The notes under the pieces were generated by a model. That model ran no database searches and had not been told where the DNA came from. It saw only the letters and a program-made list of their open reading frames with translations. A DNA stretch of 64,000 nt from an uncultured Gammaproteobacteria bacterium (GTDB lineage: Bacteria > Patescibacteriota > Patescibacteriia > SG8-24), in NCBI GenBank assembly GCA_964491475.1, contig CAZBFO010000003.1, forward strand, positions 8,766-72,765. The letters run 5' to 3'. Shown in pieces: positions 39,197 through 49,019 of this stretch; position 1 is the stretch's first letter; each line of letters begins with the position of its first letter. The translations under genes were made by a program, and so were the position numbers.

Positions 39197-39224
39197 CGTA
39201 AGAAAAAACCGGGGCTGGCGTCAT
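39197..39224 (+). promoter_or_regulatory. Putative ECF-type promoter
   Basis: CGTAAG-16 nt-CGTCAT just upstream of the ECF gene. Confidence 0.5.
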
Positions 39225-39235
39225 CATAAACGGAC

Positions 39236-39739
39236 ATGCAAAGCGCCCAGCTACAACATGACGAGTTCATGAAAGCGTACGATCTCTACGCCGACGCCAT
39301 TTTTCGTCATTGTTACTTTCGGGTGTATGACCGCGAGAAGGCCCGGGAAATGATGCAGGACGCGTTCATGAAGACCTGGGAGTACCTTTCCAAAGGAAAG
39401 GAAATCGATAACCTCCGGGCATTCCTTTATCGCGTGGCCAACAACATGGTCATCGACCACAGCCGCAAGAAGAAGGAGTCTTCGCTCGATGCGCTGATGG
39501 AAGAAGGGTTCGAACCTGCCGTCAACGACAAGACGACCCTGGCGGCGGAGGCCGGACAGATGATCGCGCTGCTGGACCGGCTCGACGTGAAGTACCGCGA
39601 CGCCGTCCGCATGCGGTATCTCGACGACCTTTCGCCTAAGGAAATCGCTCATGCATTGGGAGAGACGGAAAACGTCATCTCCGTGCGCATTCACAGGGGC
39701 ATTGCCCAACTGCGCGCCTTGATGGCGCAAACCGCCTGA
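39236..39739 (+). CDS. ECF RNA polymerase sigma factor
   Basis: Region 2 (AREMMQDAFMKTW, AFLYRVANN.VID) and region 4 (LSPKEIA...ISVRIHRG). Confidence 0.92.
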   Translation: MQSAQLQHDEFMKAYDLYADAIFRHCYFRVYDREKAREMMQDAFMKTWEYLSKGKEIDNLRAFLYRVANNMVIDHSRKKKESSLDALMEEGFEPAVNDKTTLAAEAGQMIALLDRLDVKYRDAVRMRYLDDLSPKEIAHALGETENVISVRIHRGIAQLRALMAQTA

Positions 39740-39747
39740 TATCGCCT

Positions 39748-40998
39748 ATGGAAGACCTGCTCAACAACCTGAAGGCCCATGCCAAGAACGTGGCGCTGAC
39801 GGCCGGGGAGAAATCCGCCGGCCGTGAGGCCTTGCGCTCTTTCATGGCGCTGACGCCGAACCGTCTTTCCCAGGCCAAAGCGTCGAAACCGAAACGCTTC
39901 GCCTTCCTGCGGCTCTCGCATGCGGGTCGCGCGGCCGGAGTGTTCGCCGCCTCCTTTGCCCTGCTGCTTTCTGCTGGCGGGATTTCCTATGCCGCCGAAG
40001 GCGCGGTGCCCGGCGACACGCTGTATCCGGTGAAGGTCTCGTTCAGCGAGCCGATCCGCGCAGCAGTCGCCGTCTCCGAAAAGGACCGTGCCGAATGGTC
40101 GGCAGAGCGTGCCAGCCGCCGCCTGGCCGAGGCGGAGGTGCTGGCTCAGCGGGGCAAGCTCGAGGCGGAAATGCGAGCCTCGCTTGATGCCGACTTCCAG
40201 CGCTTTTCCGAAGGCGCCGAACTTCACTTGGCGAAGGTCAGGGAGGAAGATGACGCCGACGCCGCCGATGTCAGCGCTCACATCGAGGGTACGCTCCGCG
40301 CGCACAGCCAGATCATGGCCGCGTTGGCCGAGAATCGCCGGGAGCGGCGGAAGGCCGCCAAGCTCGACGACCGTGCGGAGGGCGGCGATGCCGGCGACAA
40401 CGGCGACGATGAGGAACACCAGGTTGCCGTCCTTGCCGCTTCGGTCGACCAGCAGGTGAGCGTGACGATTAAGGAAAACGATTCTACCGAGACGCGAGCC
40501 TCTTCCGGCGGTTCCGTCAAGGCCGCGGGATTCGCCCGGGGCAGGCATGATGCCGCCGTACGCAAGATTGCCGAAGTCCGTTCCTGGCTCGCCGCCAAGT
40601 CGGGTTCGTTCACGGCCGACTCGCGCACGCAGGCCGATGCGCGACTGACCGCCGCGGATTCCTCCGTGGCCGCCGGTGACGCGGCCCTTGCCGCCGGCAA
40701 GAATCGCGAGGCCTTTGCCGCTTACGCCAAGGCGCAGCGGCTGGCGCAGGAAGCCAAACTCATCGTTCGCGCCAGCAACGACTTGGGAGTGCAGGTGCGT
40801 TTCAAGGACTCGTCCGAGGACGACACCGATCGCGAAGGCGACGCGGACAAGCGGAACGGTGACGGGAATGACCGTGGCGGCTTGGACCTCAACGCGGACG
40901 CGGGCGTCCATCTCGACGGCCTGCTCGGCGGCCATGACCGCGGCAGTTCCGACGAGAACCGCCGACGGCATGGTTCTCGCGATGGAAGCGACAACTAG
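39748..40998 (+). CDS. DUF5667-domain membrane protein (putative anti-sigma)
   Basis: TM then AEGAVPGDTLYPVK...RRLAEAE, helical; directly follows the ECF sigma gene. Confidence 0.78.
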   Translation: MEDLLNNLKAHAKNVALTAGEKSAGREALRSFMALTPNRLSQAKASKPKRFAFLRLSHAGRAAGVFAASFALLLSAGGISYAAEGAVPGDTLYPVKVSFSEPIRAAVAVSEKDRAEWSAERASRRLAEAEVLAQRGKLEAEMRASLDADFQRFSEGAELHLAKVREEDDADAADVSAHIEGTLRAHSQIMAALAENRRERRKAAKLDDRAEGGDAGDNGDDEEHQVAVLAASVDQQVSVTIKENDSTETRASSGGSVKAAGFARGRHDAAVRKIAEVRSWLAAKSGSFTADSRTQADARLTAADSSVAAGDAALAAGKNREAFAAYAKAQRLAQEAKLIVRASNDLGVQVRFKDSSEDDTDREGDADKRNGDGNDRGGLDLNADAGVHLDGLLGGHDRGSSDENRRRHGSRDGSDN

Positions 40999-41000
40999 CG

Positions 41001-41036
41001 ACGAAAAACCTCCGGAACGCCGGAGGTTTTTCGTTT
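41001..41036. terminator. Bidirectional terminator
   Basis: ACGAAAAACCTCCGG-AACG-CCGGAGGTTTTTCGT. Confidence 0.75.
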
Positions 41037-41046
41037 TGCGAACGTT

Positions 41047-43599
41047 TCAGCTTGCTGCGGTTCGCGGCTTGGCAGTGGCCCGCAACAACCATCGTTTGAC
41101 CAGTTCGCTGGCCAGGAAGTAGCCCCCGACAATGGCCAAGCCCATCAGCGCGTGTTTCGGTGCAGGCGACACGAAGTGGAAGATGGAGCGCCCCAGCGCC
41201 GAGAAGGGAATGGCGATGGCGGTCAGCGCCGCCACGACCGACATGCCGGCCAGCGGCCAGGAGGGAGGCGCGGCCTTCCAGAAACGGCCGGCGGTGCGCA
41301 GCGAGAACACCAGCGCGATTTCGGTCAGCACGCTGACGATGAACCACGATGACTGCAGGATGGCTTCGCCCTCGCCTCGGAATACCGCGAAGGTGGTGAA
41401 GTCGAAAAGGCTGCTGACGAGGCCGAGGATGGTGGTGTAGATGATGATGCTGCGCGCGTCGTACTTCTTCGGCTCCGCCAAGTCGGCCTTGTCGAGGCTG
41501 TCGGTGGCGATGGTCAGCATGGGGAAGTCGGAGAGCAGGTTCAGCAGCAGAATCTGCAACGGCAGCATCGGCAGGTAGTTCACGAACAGCGAGATGATCG
41601 CCACCGAATAGAAGTTGCCGAAGTTGGATGCCAGCGTGACCTTGATGTACTTGATGGTGTTGCTCGACGTGCGGCGGCCCTCCTCGATGCCGTCGAAGAT
41701 GACGTGCAGGTCGCGGTTGAGCAGGATGACGTCGGCGGATTCCTTGGCGATGTCCGAGGCGCCTTCGACCGCCAGTCCGACGTTGGCCATCTTGAGGCCG
41801 GGCGCGTCATTGAAGCCTTCGCCCAGGAAGCCGACGGTCTTCTTTTCCTGCAGCAGCCCCAGCACCATGAACTTCTGCCGCGGGTTCATTCGGGCGAAGA
41901 CGTGCCTGGCATGCACTGCGGCGTGCCGTTCGTCGTCGCTCATGGCCTCGAGTTCGGCGCCGGTGACGACGTCGGTGGGGTCGCTGACGATGTTCAGCTT
42001 GCGGGCCACTGCGCCGGCCACGTCGCGCGAGTCGCCGGTGATGATCTTGATCTGGACGCCCAGCGCGGCGGCCTTCTTGGCGGCGCGGACGGCGCTCGGC
42101 TTGAGCGGGTCCACGAAGGAGATGAGGCCGAGCAGGCGCATGCCGTGCTCCTCGTCGCGCAGCGCCGCGTGCGCCGAAACGTCTTTGGCCGCCACGGCGA
42201 TCACGCGGTTGCCGGCGAGACCTTGCCGGACGATTTCCTTGCCGACGGACACGGCATTGGGGACGTTGGCACACAGGGGGAGCACGTCATCGGGGGAGCC
42301 GCGCATGATCATCCTGGCCCTGCCCCCCGGCAACGCGATCATGACGCTGTTGCGGCGGCGCACGGGATCGAAGGGCAGCTCGGCCAGCTTCACGACGTGC
42401 TTGGCTTCGCCCTGCAGCTTGGCGCCGGCGTGCCGCCACAGCGCGACGTCGAAGGCGTTGTTCTGCTGCTTGGCCTTTTCGCCGATGAAAGAGGAGGACA
42501 GCAGCCCGTGGCGGAAGCATTCGTCGGGGTCGGCCGAGAGCACGTCGGCCACCTCGAGCTCGTTCTTGGTGATGGTGCCGGTCTTGTCGGTGCACAGGAT
42601 TTCGATGCTGCCGAGGTCGTCGATGGCCGAAAGGCGTTTTACGACGACCTTGCGCTTGGCCAGTGTGACCGCGCCGCGCGACAGCGAAATAGTCGAGACT
42701 ACCGGCAATGCCTCGGGAATGATGCCGACGGTGAGCACGATGGAGAAGATCAGCAATTCCTGCAGGTGGCTCCAGCCCTTGAGCATCACATTCAGGAAGA
42801 ACATGAAGGCGATGGTGACCAGCACCAGCTTCATGATGAAGGTGCTGAAACCGGAAATTTCCCTTTCGAAGGCGCTGGTTCCCTTGGCGGCGGAGGCGAG
42901 GGCGGCGATGTCGCCGAGCGCGGCCGCCTTGCCCGTGGCGATGACCACCGCGGTCGCCTCGCCCGTCAGCATGGACGTGCCGGAGAAGCCGATGTTGGTG
43001 GCGGCGTAGTATTCTCCTGGCTCGACCGCCATCCGCAGGGCGTCCTTGTAGACGTCGTTTGATTCGCCGGTGAGCACCGACTCGTCCACGGACGCCGAAG
43101 TGACGGACAGGAAGCGGATGTCGGCAGGGATTTTGTCGCCGGCCTGCAGGTGCACGACGTCGCCCGGAACGAGTTCGGCGGAATCGACGATGACCGTCTT
43201 GCCGTCGCGGATGACATGCGTGGATTGCCGCCAGTACTTCATCAGCACTTCGACCGCCCGTTCGGCGCGGAATTCCTGGAAGAAGCCGAGGACGGTGTTC
43301 AGCACGGTGAACAGCACGATCATGCCTGCGTCAAAGCGCTCGCCGGTGGCGAAGGCCACGGCCGCCGCGACCGCCAGCAGGTAGATGAAAGGTGACGTGA
43401 GCTGGCGCACCAGCACGTCGAGCGCGGTCTTCCGCTTTCGGGCGATGTCGTTCGGTCCGAACTCCGCTTTTCGGGATCGCGCCTCGTCCGCGGAAAGGCC
43501 GGCGGCCGCATCCGAGCGCAGCGCTTTCAGCAGCTGGTCGGCAGGCGCGGCCGCCGCCTTCTTGAAGTCATGGTTTGCGAGCTGTTCGGTGGGTTGCAT
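41047..43599 (-). CDS. mgtA: P-type ATPase, Mg2+-importing (MgtA/B-like)
   Basis: LTGES, PEALP, DKTGT, TGD, GEGFNDAP, ASNFGNFYS, LLNLLSD. Confidence 0.82.
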   Translation of the reverse strand: MQPTEQLANHDFKKAAAAPADQLLKALRSDAAAGLSADEARSRKAEFGPNDIARKRKTALDVLVRQLTSPFIYLLAVAAAVAFATGERFDAGMIVLFTVLNTVLGFFQEFRAERAVEVLMKYWRQSTHVIRDGKTVIVDSAELVPGDVVHLQAGDKIPADIRFLSVTSASVDESVLTGESNDVYKDALRMAVEPGEYYAATNIGFSGTSMLTGEATAVVIATGKAAALGDIAALASAAKGTSAFEREISGFSTFIMKLVLVTIAFMFFLNVMLKGWSHLQELLIFSIVLTVGIIPEALPVVSTISLSRGAVTLAKRKVVVKRLSAIDDLGSIEILCTDKTGTITKNELEVADVLSADPDECFRHGLLSSSFIGEKAKQQNNAFDVALWRHAGAKLQGEAKHVVKLAELPFDPVRRRNSVMIALPGGRARMIMRGSPDDVLPLCANVPNAVSVGKEIVRQGLAGNRVIAVAAKDVSAHAALRDEEHGMRLLGLISFVDPLKPSAVRAAKKAAALGVQIKIITGDSRDVAGAVARKLNIVSDPTDVVTGAELEAMSDDERHAAVHARHVFARMNPRQKFMVLGLLQEKKTVGFLGEGFNDAPGLKMANVGLAVEGASDIAKESADVILLNRDLHVIFDGIEEGRRTSSNTIKYIKVTLASNFGNFYSVAIISLFVNYLPMLPLQILLLNLLSDFPMLTIATDSLDKADLAEPKKYDARSIIIYTTILGLVSSLFDFTTFAVFRGEGEAILQSSWFIVSVLTEIALVFSLRTAGRFWKAAPPSWPLAGMSVVAALTAIAIPFSALGRSIFHFVSPAPKHALMGLAIVGGYFLASELVKRWLLRATAKPRTAAS

Positions 43600-43663
43600 G
43601 GCCTCATCGTAGCACAAAAGACCCTTTCACGACTCCGGGGGAGCTGGTATAGTGAAGGTGCAT

Positions 43664-44152
43664 ATGACGCCAAAAACTCCCAAGCGAAAGTCGCTTTTCG
43701 TGTTCAACGAGTTCACCGTCCTGTTCACGTTCGGCGCGGTCGGGTTGGTGATGCTGCTGTTCGGGGGAATCTTCGGCGTCGGCAATCTCGATTGGGATGA
43801 TTCGGCGAAAGAAATCGCCGCACCGGAAGCGATAGTGCAGACGGCGCCCACCACGGAGGAGTATCAGGCGGAGGCCCGCGGCGCGATGACGCCTTTCCTG
43901 CAGGAGGCCGTGAACGTGCGCAAGGAGAATTTCGCGTCGATGGATCCCTCGATGCTTGATTTGGCGACGAAAACCCAGGACCGGATGCTCGACGTGCGAG
44001 TGCCCAAGGATTCGCGTGACGCGCATCTCGCCTTCGTGCTCCTGCTTGACCAGTGGAAGCGCGCGCTCGGCGGCTCCAAGATCGATCAGAAGGCGGTGCT
44101 GAAGAAGACTTCGCAGCTGATCGCGGAGAACCCGTGGGTGCTGCAGCAGTAG
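43664..44152 (+). CDS. Membrane-anchored hypothetical protein
   Basis: N-terminal TM; TATAGT upstream. Confidence 0.7.
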   Translation: MTPKTPKRKSLFVFNEFTVLFTFGAVGLVMLLFGGIFGVGNLDWDDSAKEIAAPEAIVQTAPTTEEYQAEARGAMTPFLQEAVNVRKENFASMDPSMLDLATKTQDRMLDVRVPKDSRDAHLAFVLLLDQWKRALGGSKIDQKAVLKKTSQLIAENPWVLQQ

Positions 44153-44153
44153 T

Positions 44154-44876
44154 ATGACCAGAATCGAAAACGCCGCTTCGTTCCAGGACAAGGAGGCGCT
44201 CAAGAAGGAAATACGGCGCGAAATCAAGGTGGAAGAGCGGCGCAAGAAGCTGGTTGGCTGCGGCGGCTGCCTGCTGCTGGCGCTGGTCGTCATCTGCGTG
44301 CCCCTCTTTTTGGTCGCGCCGTTCTTCGCGAAGACAGGTTTCGTCGAGGTGCCGCTGCTGACTCGCGCGGTATACAGGCCGTCGGCTCCCATGCGGGATG
44401 TCGCGCCGTTCAGCGGCGAAACCTCCGATCAGGTGCTGGCGGTGCTTCCGCACAAGATCACCTACGACGTTGCGGCGGCGCAGCTGCGTCTGCCGATCAG
44501 CGAGCAGGAGTTCACCACCGTGATGCAGCGCGTCGCCACGATGAAGCCCAGCCAGCTGCCGTTCGCCGTGAGCCGGATGCAGATGGTCATCGAACCGAAC
44601 CAGGTCGAGGTCTTCGCCGTGTCTCCCCGGCATGGCCGGGACGTGACGGTGCGCATCCGCCTCGTTCCCCGTGTTCGCGACGGCCAGCTGGTCATTGAGT
44701 CGCCGCAAGTGCTTTTGGGCGGCGAAGCGGTGCCGCATTTCCTGGCCCAGCCCTTTTTCGATTACTTCGCGAAGAGCATGATGGACCAGCTTCGCGGTGC
44801 CATGGATTCCGTCGGCCGCCTGGTGGACATCAAGCTTTCGGAAGGCGCAATGACCTTCGTCTTTTTCAGACAATGA
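44154..44876 (+). CDS. Single-TM hypothetical protein
   Basis: GCGGCLL-TM then alpha/beta domain; operonic spacing. Confidence 0.7.
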   Translation: MTRIENAASFQDKEALKKEIRREIKVEERRKKLVGCGGCLLLALVVICVPLFLVAPFFAKTGFVEVPLLTRAVYRPSAPMRDVAPFSGETSDQVLAVLPHKITYDVAAAQLRLPISEQEFTTVMQRVATMKPSQLPFAVSRMQMVIEPNQVEVFAVSPRHGRDVTVRIRLVPRVRDGQLVIESPQVLLGGEAVPHFLAQPFFDYFAKSMMDQLRGAMDSVGRLVDIKLSEGAMTFVFFRQ

Positions 44877-44886
44877 CCTGACAACC

Positions 44887-45675
44887 ATGAAGAAGTTCTC
44901 CTCATCGGCCGTCGCCTGGGTGTCTGCTGCCATCGTGGTCGGGTCGTTTGTGACGCTCTCGCTCGTGCCGCGCCTTTCGGCATCGGCTGCCGCCGCGATG
45001 GTGCCGTGGGTCTGCGTGTTGGGTCCGGTCAGCATCGCGCTGACCACTTTCTTCACCAACCGGGACTCCGCCGTCTCCGCGGCGCTGCTCTCGTCGATCA
45101 CTCCCGCCATCCTGCTCGCCGGCGCGCTGGGCACCTTCATGACCGTCGAGGGTGACACCGCCAGGCTGCTGGTCGCCGCAACTACCATCGGCTTCAGCGT
45201 GCTGTTCCTGGCGTACTGGCACGGCATGGGCAGGGGGGACGTCCGTTTCAGCGCCGATGACTTTGCCCACCTGTCGTTCGCGCTGCACGTAGTCGCCATG
45301 TTCTTCGTGCTGGTCAGCGTCTTCGGCCTGTCCGACTTCCTGACGCTGCCTTTGCCCGCCGTGGCCGGCATCGCCGGTGCCATCACCTTGGTGACCGTGG
45401 CCGAAACCATGCGCCGCGCCGGCCTTCCGCGGCAGTCGATAGTCGCTTTCTCCGCGACCATGGCGCTCATCATGGCCGAGGCGACGGTGGCCTTGAGCGA
45501 ATTGCCGACCGGCAACCTGGTGGACGCGATGATGGGCGTCGTGGTATACGCTACCTGCCTGCATGCGGCTACGGCCATTCTCCAGCCTTCGCCCAGGCCT
45601 CCCGCGTTGCGCAGGCATTTCGCGCTTTCCTTCGCCATCGTCATCCTCGTGCTGTCCACCGCGCGGTGGGCCTGA
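44887..45675 (+). CDS. Polytopic membrane hypothetical protein
   Basis: Many hydrophobic helices; operonic spacing. Confidence 0.72.
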   Translation: MKKFSSSAVAWVSAAIVVGSFVTLSLVPRLSASAAAAMVPWVCVLGPVSIALTTFFTNRDSAVSAALLSSITPAILLAGALGTFMTVEGDTARLLVAATTIGFSVLFLAYWHGMGRGDVRFSADDFAHLSFALHVVAMFFVLVSVFGLSDFLTLPLPAVAGIAGAITLVTVAETMRRAGLPRQSIVAFSATMALIMAEATVALSELPTGNLVDAMMGVVVYATCLHAATAILQPSPRPPALRRHFALSFAIVILVLSTARWA

Positions 45676-45680
45676 ATGCT

Positions 45681-46823
45681 ATGAACGAAAAAACATCCCA
45701 AAAAAGCGGATCATTTACGCAGACATTTTTGGTGACCACGGCGTTGGGCGTGGCGGCCGGCGTTGCCGGTGCCATGTTCATGCTGCCGTATGCCACGTCC
45801 GTGCTGGTGCAAAAGTCGGCCACCTCCTCCGTTTCGACTTCCGATTTGCCGCGACCTCGCGTCGCCAGTTCCGTCGCCGCCGGCACGTTGGCTCCGGCCG
45901 TTCGCGCTTCGGTTTCATTTGCGGCCGTCAAAACGACGTCGGGCATCGCCGGAAAGGCCTATGTGCCGGGGGACGCCATCGGCATGGGCGCCGTCGTCAC
46001 TTCCGACGGTTGGATGGCCACGGTGAGCGATTCGCCGCTTCTGAAGAACAGGAACTTGTCCGGCATTACCGCGCTTGTCGGCGGCCGGGCGTACAAGCTG
46101 ACCAGCATGGTCCGTGATGCCTATTCCGGCGTGACGTTCCTGAAGGCCGACGCGGACAATCTCCCGGTGACCGCGTTCGGCGCCACCGACGCCGTCGCGG
46201 CCGGCGATTCCGTGTTCGCGGCCGATTCCGCCGGGGGACTGCGCCGGCTCGAAGTGCTGGCCAATGACACGCTGCCGGCAATCAGCAGCGATGACCTGCT
46301 GCGCTCCTCGGAAAAAGTGCAGCGCCTGTTGCGCGTGACGGGCGGACTGATCGGCACCGGCGCGATGGTGCTGAACGGCAGGGGCGAGATCATCGGGCTG
46401 GCGGCAGGCGACGGGCGTTTCGGGTCCGTGGTGGTGCCGGTCGAGGCGTTCTCGGACATCATCGGCGCGGTGCTGCGCGGACAGCCGCTGCGGCGTCCGT
46501 ACTTGGGACTCAACTACGTCGATTTGTCCCTGATTTCCGGCCGTGACGGCGAGGGGCCGGCTCGCGGTGCCCTGGTTTCCGGTTCGTCCGACGGCAAGCA
46601 ACCGGCGGTCATCAGGGGCGGTCCTGCCGCTGCGGCAGGCATCAGGGCAGGGGATGTCATCGTGGCGATTGACGGCGAGCAGGTCTCCGGAAAGAACCCG
46701 TTGGCCGACGCGCTGATGCAATACCAGCCCGGCGATAAGCCGACGCTCTCCGTACAGCGCGGCAACGCCTCAACGACCATGGACGTGACGGTCACGCTGG
46801 GGGTCGCAAAGAATCTGCAATAA
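45681..46823 (+). CDS. HtrA/S1C-like protein with PDZ domain, catalytic residues apparently lost
   Basis: GAVVTSDGW, LNGRGEIIG, RPYLG, PAAAAGIRAGDVIVAIDG; no TNxHV or GNSGG. Confidence 0.8.
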   Translation: MNEKTSQKSGSFTQTFLVTTALGVAAGVAGAMFMLPYATSVLVQKSATSSVSTSDLPRPRVASSVAAGTLAPAVRASVSFAAVKTTSGIAGKAYVPGDAIGMGAVVTSDGWMATVSDSPLLKNRNLSGITALVGGRAYKLTSMVRDAYSGVTFLKADADNLPVTAFGATDAVAAGDSVFAADSAGGLRRLEVLANDTLPAISSDDLLRSSEKVQRLLRVTGGLIGTGAMVLNGRGEIIGLAAGDGRFGSVVVPVEAFSDIIGAVLRGQPLRRPYLGLNYVDLSLISGRDGEGPARGALVSGSSDGKQPAVIRGGPAAAAGIRAGDVIVAIDGEQVSGKNPLADALMQYQPGDKPTLSVQRGNASTTMDVTVTLGVAKNLQ

Positions 46824-46894
46824 ATAAGGGCGCGAGAGGGGTTCGGGATGCGTTCCTGCCCCTTTTTTGGTACACTGGAACCGACCTGGCACGA

Positions 46895-46923
46895 TTGACA
46901 AAACGCCCTTTTCGTGCTAGTTT
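46895..46923 (+). promoter_or_regulatory. Sigma70 promoter, conserved-spacer class
   Basis: TTGACA-AAACGCCCTTTTCGTGC-TAGTTT. Confidence 0.65.
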
Positions 46924-46938
46924 GGCCGGTTGTCTTTC

Positions 46939-47583
46939 ATGACGCCTCCCATGCATTCCTACGACTCCCACTACCTGTACGTCCTCTCGCGAGGCTGGAA
47001 GAAAATTCTGGTCTTCGCTTTGGGTATCGCTCTCGCCGGCGCCGGTTTGAGCCTGCTGTTCCCGTTGCGCTACAGCTCGTCGATGCGCATGCTCATCATT
47101 CAGAAGCAGCTTTCGGCGACCGATCCGTACACTGCCATCAAGGCTTCGGAACGCATTTCGGACAACTTGTCGCAGATCATGTACACCACCTCGTTTTTCG
47201 ACAAGGTGATGGGCTCCAACTTCACCATCGACAAGTCGGTCTTCAGCACCGACGAGATGAAGAAGCGCAAGCAGTGGAGCCAGATGATCAGCACCCAGGT
47301 GGTGCGCGACTCCGGCATGCTCATCGTGACGGTCTACCACACCGACCCCAAGCAGGCCGAGCAGATTTCCCGCGCCATCGCCTTCATCCTTTCGACCGAC
47401 GGCGCCGATTACATCGGCGGAGGCAACCTGGACATCCGCTTGGTGGACGATCCGTTGATTTCCAAGTACCCGGTCAAGCCAAACATCCCCGCCAATGCCG
47501 TTCTCGGCTTTATGCTGGGCATCATCATCGGCACCGGCTACGTGCTGTCGGATTCGCGTCGACATTCCATTTTTGGAGCTTAA
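46939..47583 (+). CDS. Wzz/CpsC-like polysaccharide chain-length determinant
   Basis: Two terminal TMs, PLRYSSSMRML, PVKPN..N..LG...G. Confidence 0.8.
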   Translation: MTPPMHSYDSHYLYVLSRGWKKILVFALGIALAGAGLSLLFPLRYSSSMRMLIIQKQLSATDPYTAIKASERISDNLSQIMYTTSFFDKVMGSNFTIDKSVFSTDEMKKRKQWSQMISTQVVRDSGMLIVTVYHTDPKQAEQISRAIAFILSTDGADYIGGGNLDIRLVDDPLISKYPVKPNIPANAVLGFMLGIIIGTGYVLSDSRRHSIFGA

Positions 47584-47606
47584 AGTCAGAAAAGAACTAA
47601 GATTAG

Positions 47607-47641
47607 CCAAATCCGCCAAAACGGCGGATTTGGCTTATTTT
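47607..47641 (+). terminator. Intrinsic terminator
   Basis: AGCCAAATCCGCC/GGCGGATTTGGCT followed by TATTTT. Confidence 0.75.
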
Positions 47642-47743
47642 AGATAAAATATTCATTTTAAGGCTAAAATTATCCCGAGAAATGATGGGTAAGAGGCTTA
47701 AATTTAAGCTTAAACAAAGATGATTTTTGCCCTGTGGGTCATC

Positions 47744-47772
47744 TTGACAAAAGCCCTGTTTTATGTTACAGT
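47744..47772 (+). promoter_or_regulatory. Sigma70 promoter, conserved-spacer class
   Basis: TTGACA-AAAGCCCTGTTTTATGT-TACAGT with AT-rich upstream region. Confidence 0.7.
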
Positions 47773-47991
47773 CCTGTGTTAATTGATAACTGGAGCATTG
47801 AGACCGTTTGGCGAACAGCGCGACATCTCCTCCTCGTCACGCTGGACGTCAAACGGTCCCAGGGCTTCACGGTTCTGGAAAATGTTCGCTGACAATCGAA
47901 TGTGCACGGTTACAAGGCATTGGAAAATGCTTCGGCCGCCACCACTCGTGCCCGGAAGGGCCAACCATCCCTTTTGGGAAGGAGCAAGGTC

Positions 47992-48942
47992 ATGAAGAAT
48001 ATCGTTGTTACGTGTCTCACGGTTCTCGCTCTCACGATGGTGTCCAGCGTCGCTCTCGCGGAGGGCTCGCAGGTCAAGCTCCCGGCCGACGTGGCCGCGT
48101 GCGTCAACGCCTGCACGGGCTCAAGCCCTTCGGGCGCGGGCTCGTGCTGCGAAGACAGCGACCGGCGTCTCAAAGTCCTCGAGGCCGACCTTGCCCAGCG
48201 CAGGGCTTGGCTCGAGGCTGCTCGGAAGAATGTCCGGCCGCAGGTCGATAGGGTCAAGCAGCTTCAGGATCAACTGAAGTCGCTCAACGAGAGCGTCGAC
48301 AAGAACGCAGGCGAACTCGCCCGCGTCGCCGGCGAACTCGCCGTCCAGACCAAGAAGCTCGAAGATTTGACCAAAGACGTCAAAAATTTGGCAGAAAAGG
48401 TCTCGGGCCTCGAGCGCGATCTCGCCGACCTGAAGAAGACGGTCGACGGTCACGATGCGACGCTCGCCGATCACAGCAAGCGCCTCGAGAAGCTCGAGCT
48501 GGCGCCGCCCTCCATCAGGGTCGGCTTCCACGCGGGCGTCCTCGGGCTGCATGCCTTCGGCAGCGGCACGGACTTCACGGCAGTGCCGATTACTGCTAGC
48601 CTGACCTTCCCGATTTCGAAGCGCGTCACGGTGTTCACCGAGGCGGGCGCGACGTTGTCGGGAGACAGGTACGCGGTCGGCACCGTGCTTCACGGGGCCG
48701 CGCAGTACCACTTCGACCCGCACTGGTCGATCGACGGCGGCGTCACCAGCGTGTGGGCCGGTTTCAACAACCACCTGAAGGCCGCGCAAGCGTCCTTCCT
48801 GGCGGATGTGGGGCCAACCTACACGAATGGCGTCTTCATGGCGCGTGCCGGCCTCCTGGCCGGTCCGGCCTTCGAGCCAAGCCCGAAGGGAGCGTCTTTC
48901 GCTCTCGGCGGTACGCTTTCGCTCGGGGTCGTCTTGCCCTGA
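47992..48942 (+). CDS. Secreted protein: signal peptide, Cys motif, coiled coil, C-terminal beta-barrel-like domain
   Basis: AGGAG SD; ...SSVALA signal; heptads (LEDLTKDVKNLAEKVSGLERDLADL); about 8 amphipathic strands. Confidence 0.75.
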   Translation: MKNIVVTCLTVLALTMVSSVALAEGSQVKLPADVAACVNACTGSSPSGAGSCCEDSDRRLKVLEADLAQRRAWLEAARKNVRPQVDRVKQLQDQLKSLNESVDKNAGELARVAGELAVQTKKLEDLTKDVKNLAEKVSGLERDLADLKKTVDGHDATLADHSKRLEKLELAPPSIRVGFHAGVLGLHAFGSGTDFTAVPITASLTFPISKRVTVFTEAGATLSGDRYAVGTVLHGAAQYHFDPHWSIDGGVTSVWAGFNNHLKAAQASFLADVGPTYTNGVFMARAGLLAGPAFEPSPKGASFALGGTLSLGVVLP

Positions 48943-49019
48943 GCGTGAGCTGGGGCGGTCCGAAATTGTTCGGACCGCCCTTCACCAAAAGTTCAACGCA
49001 TCAGGATTAGGAGCCAGTC

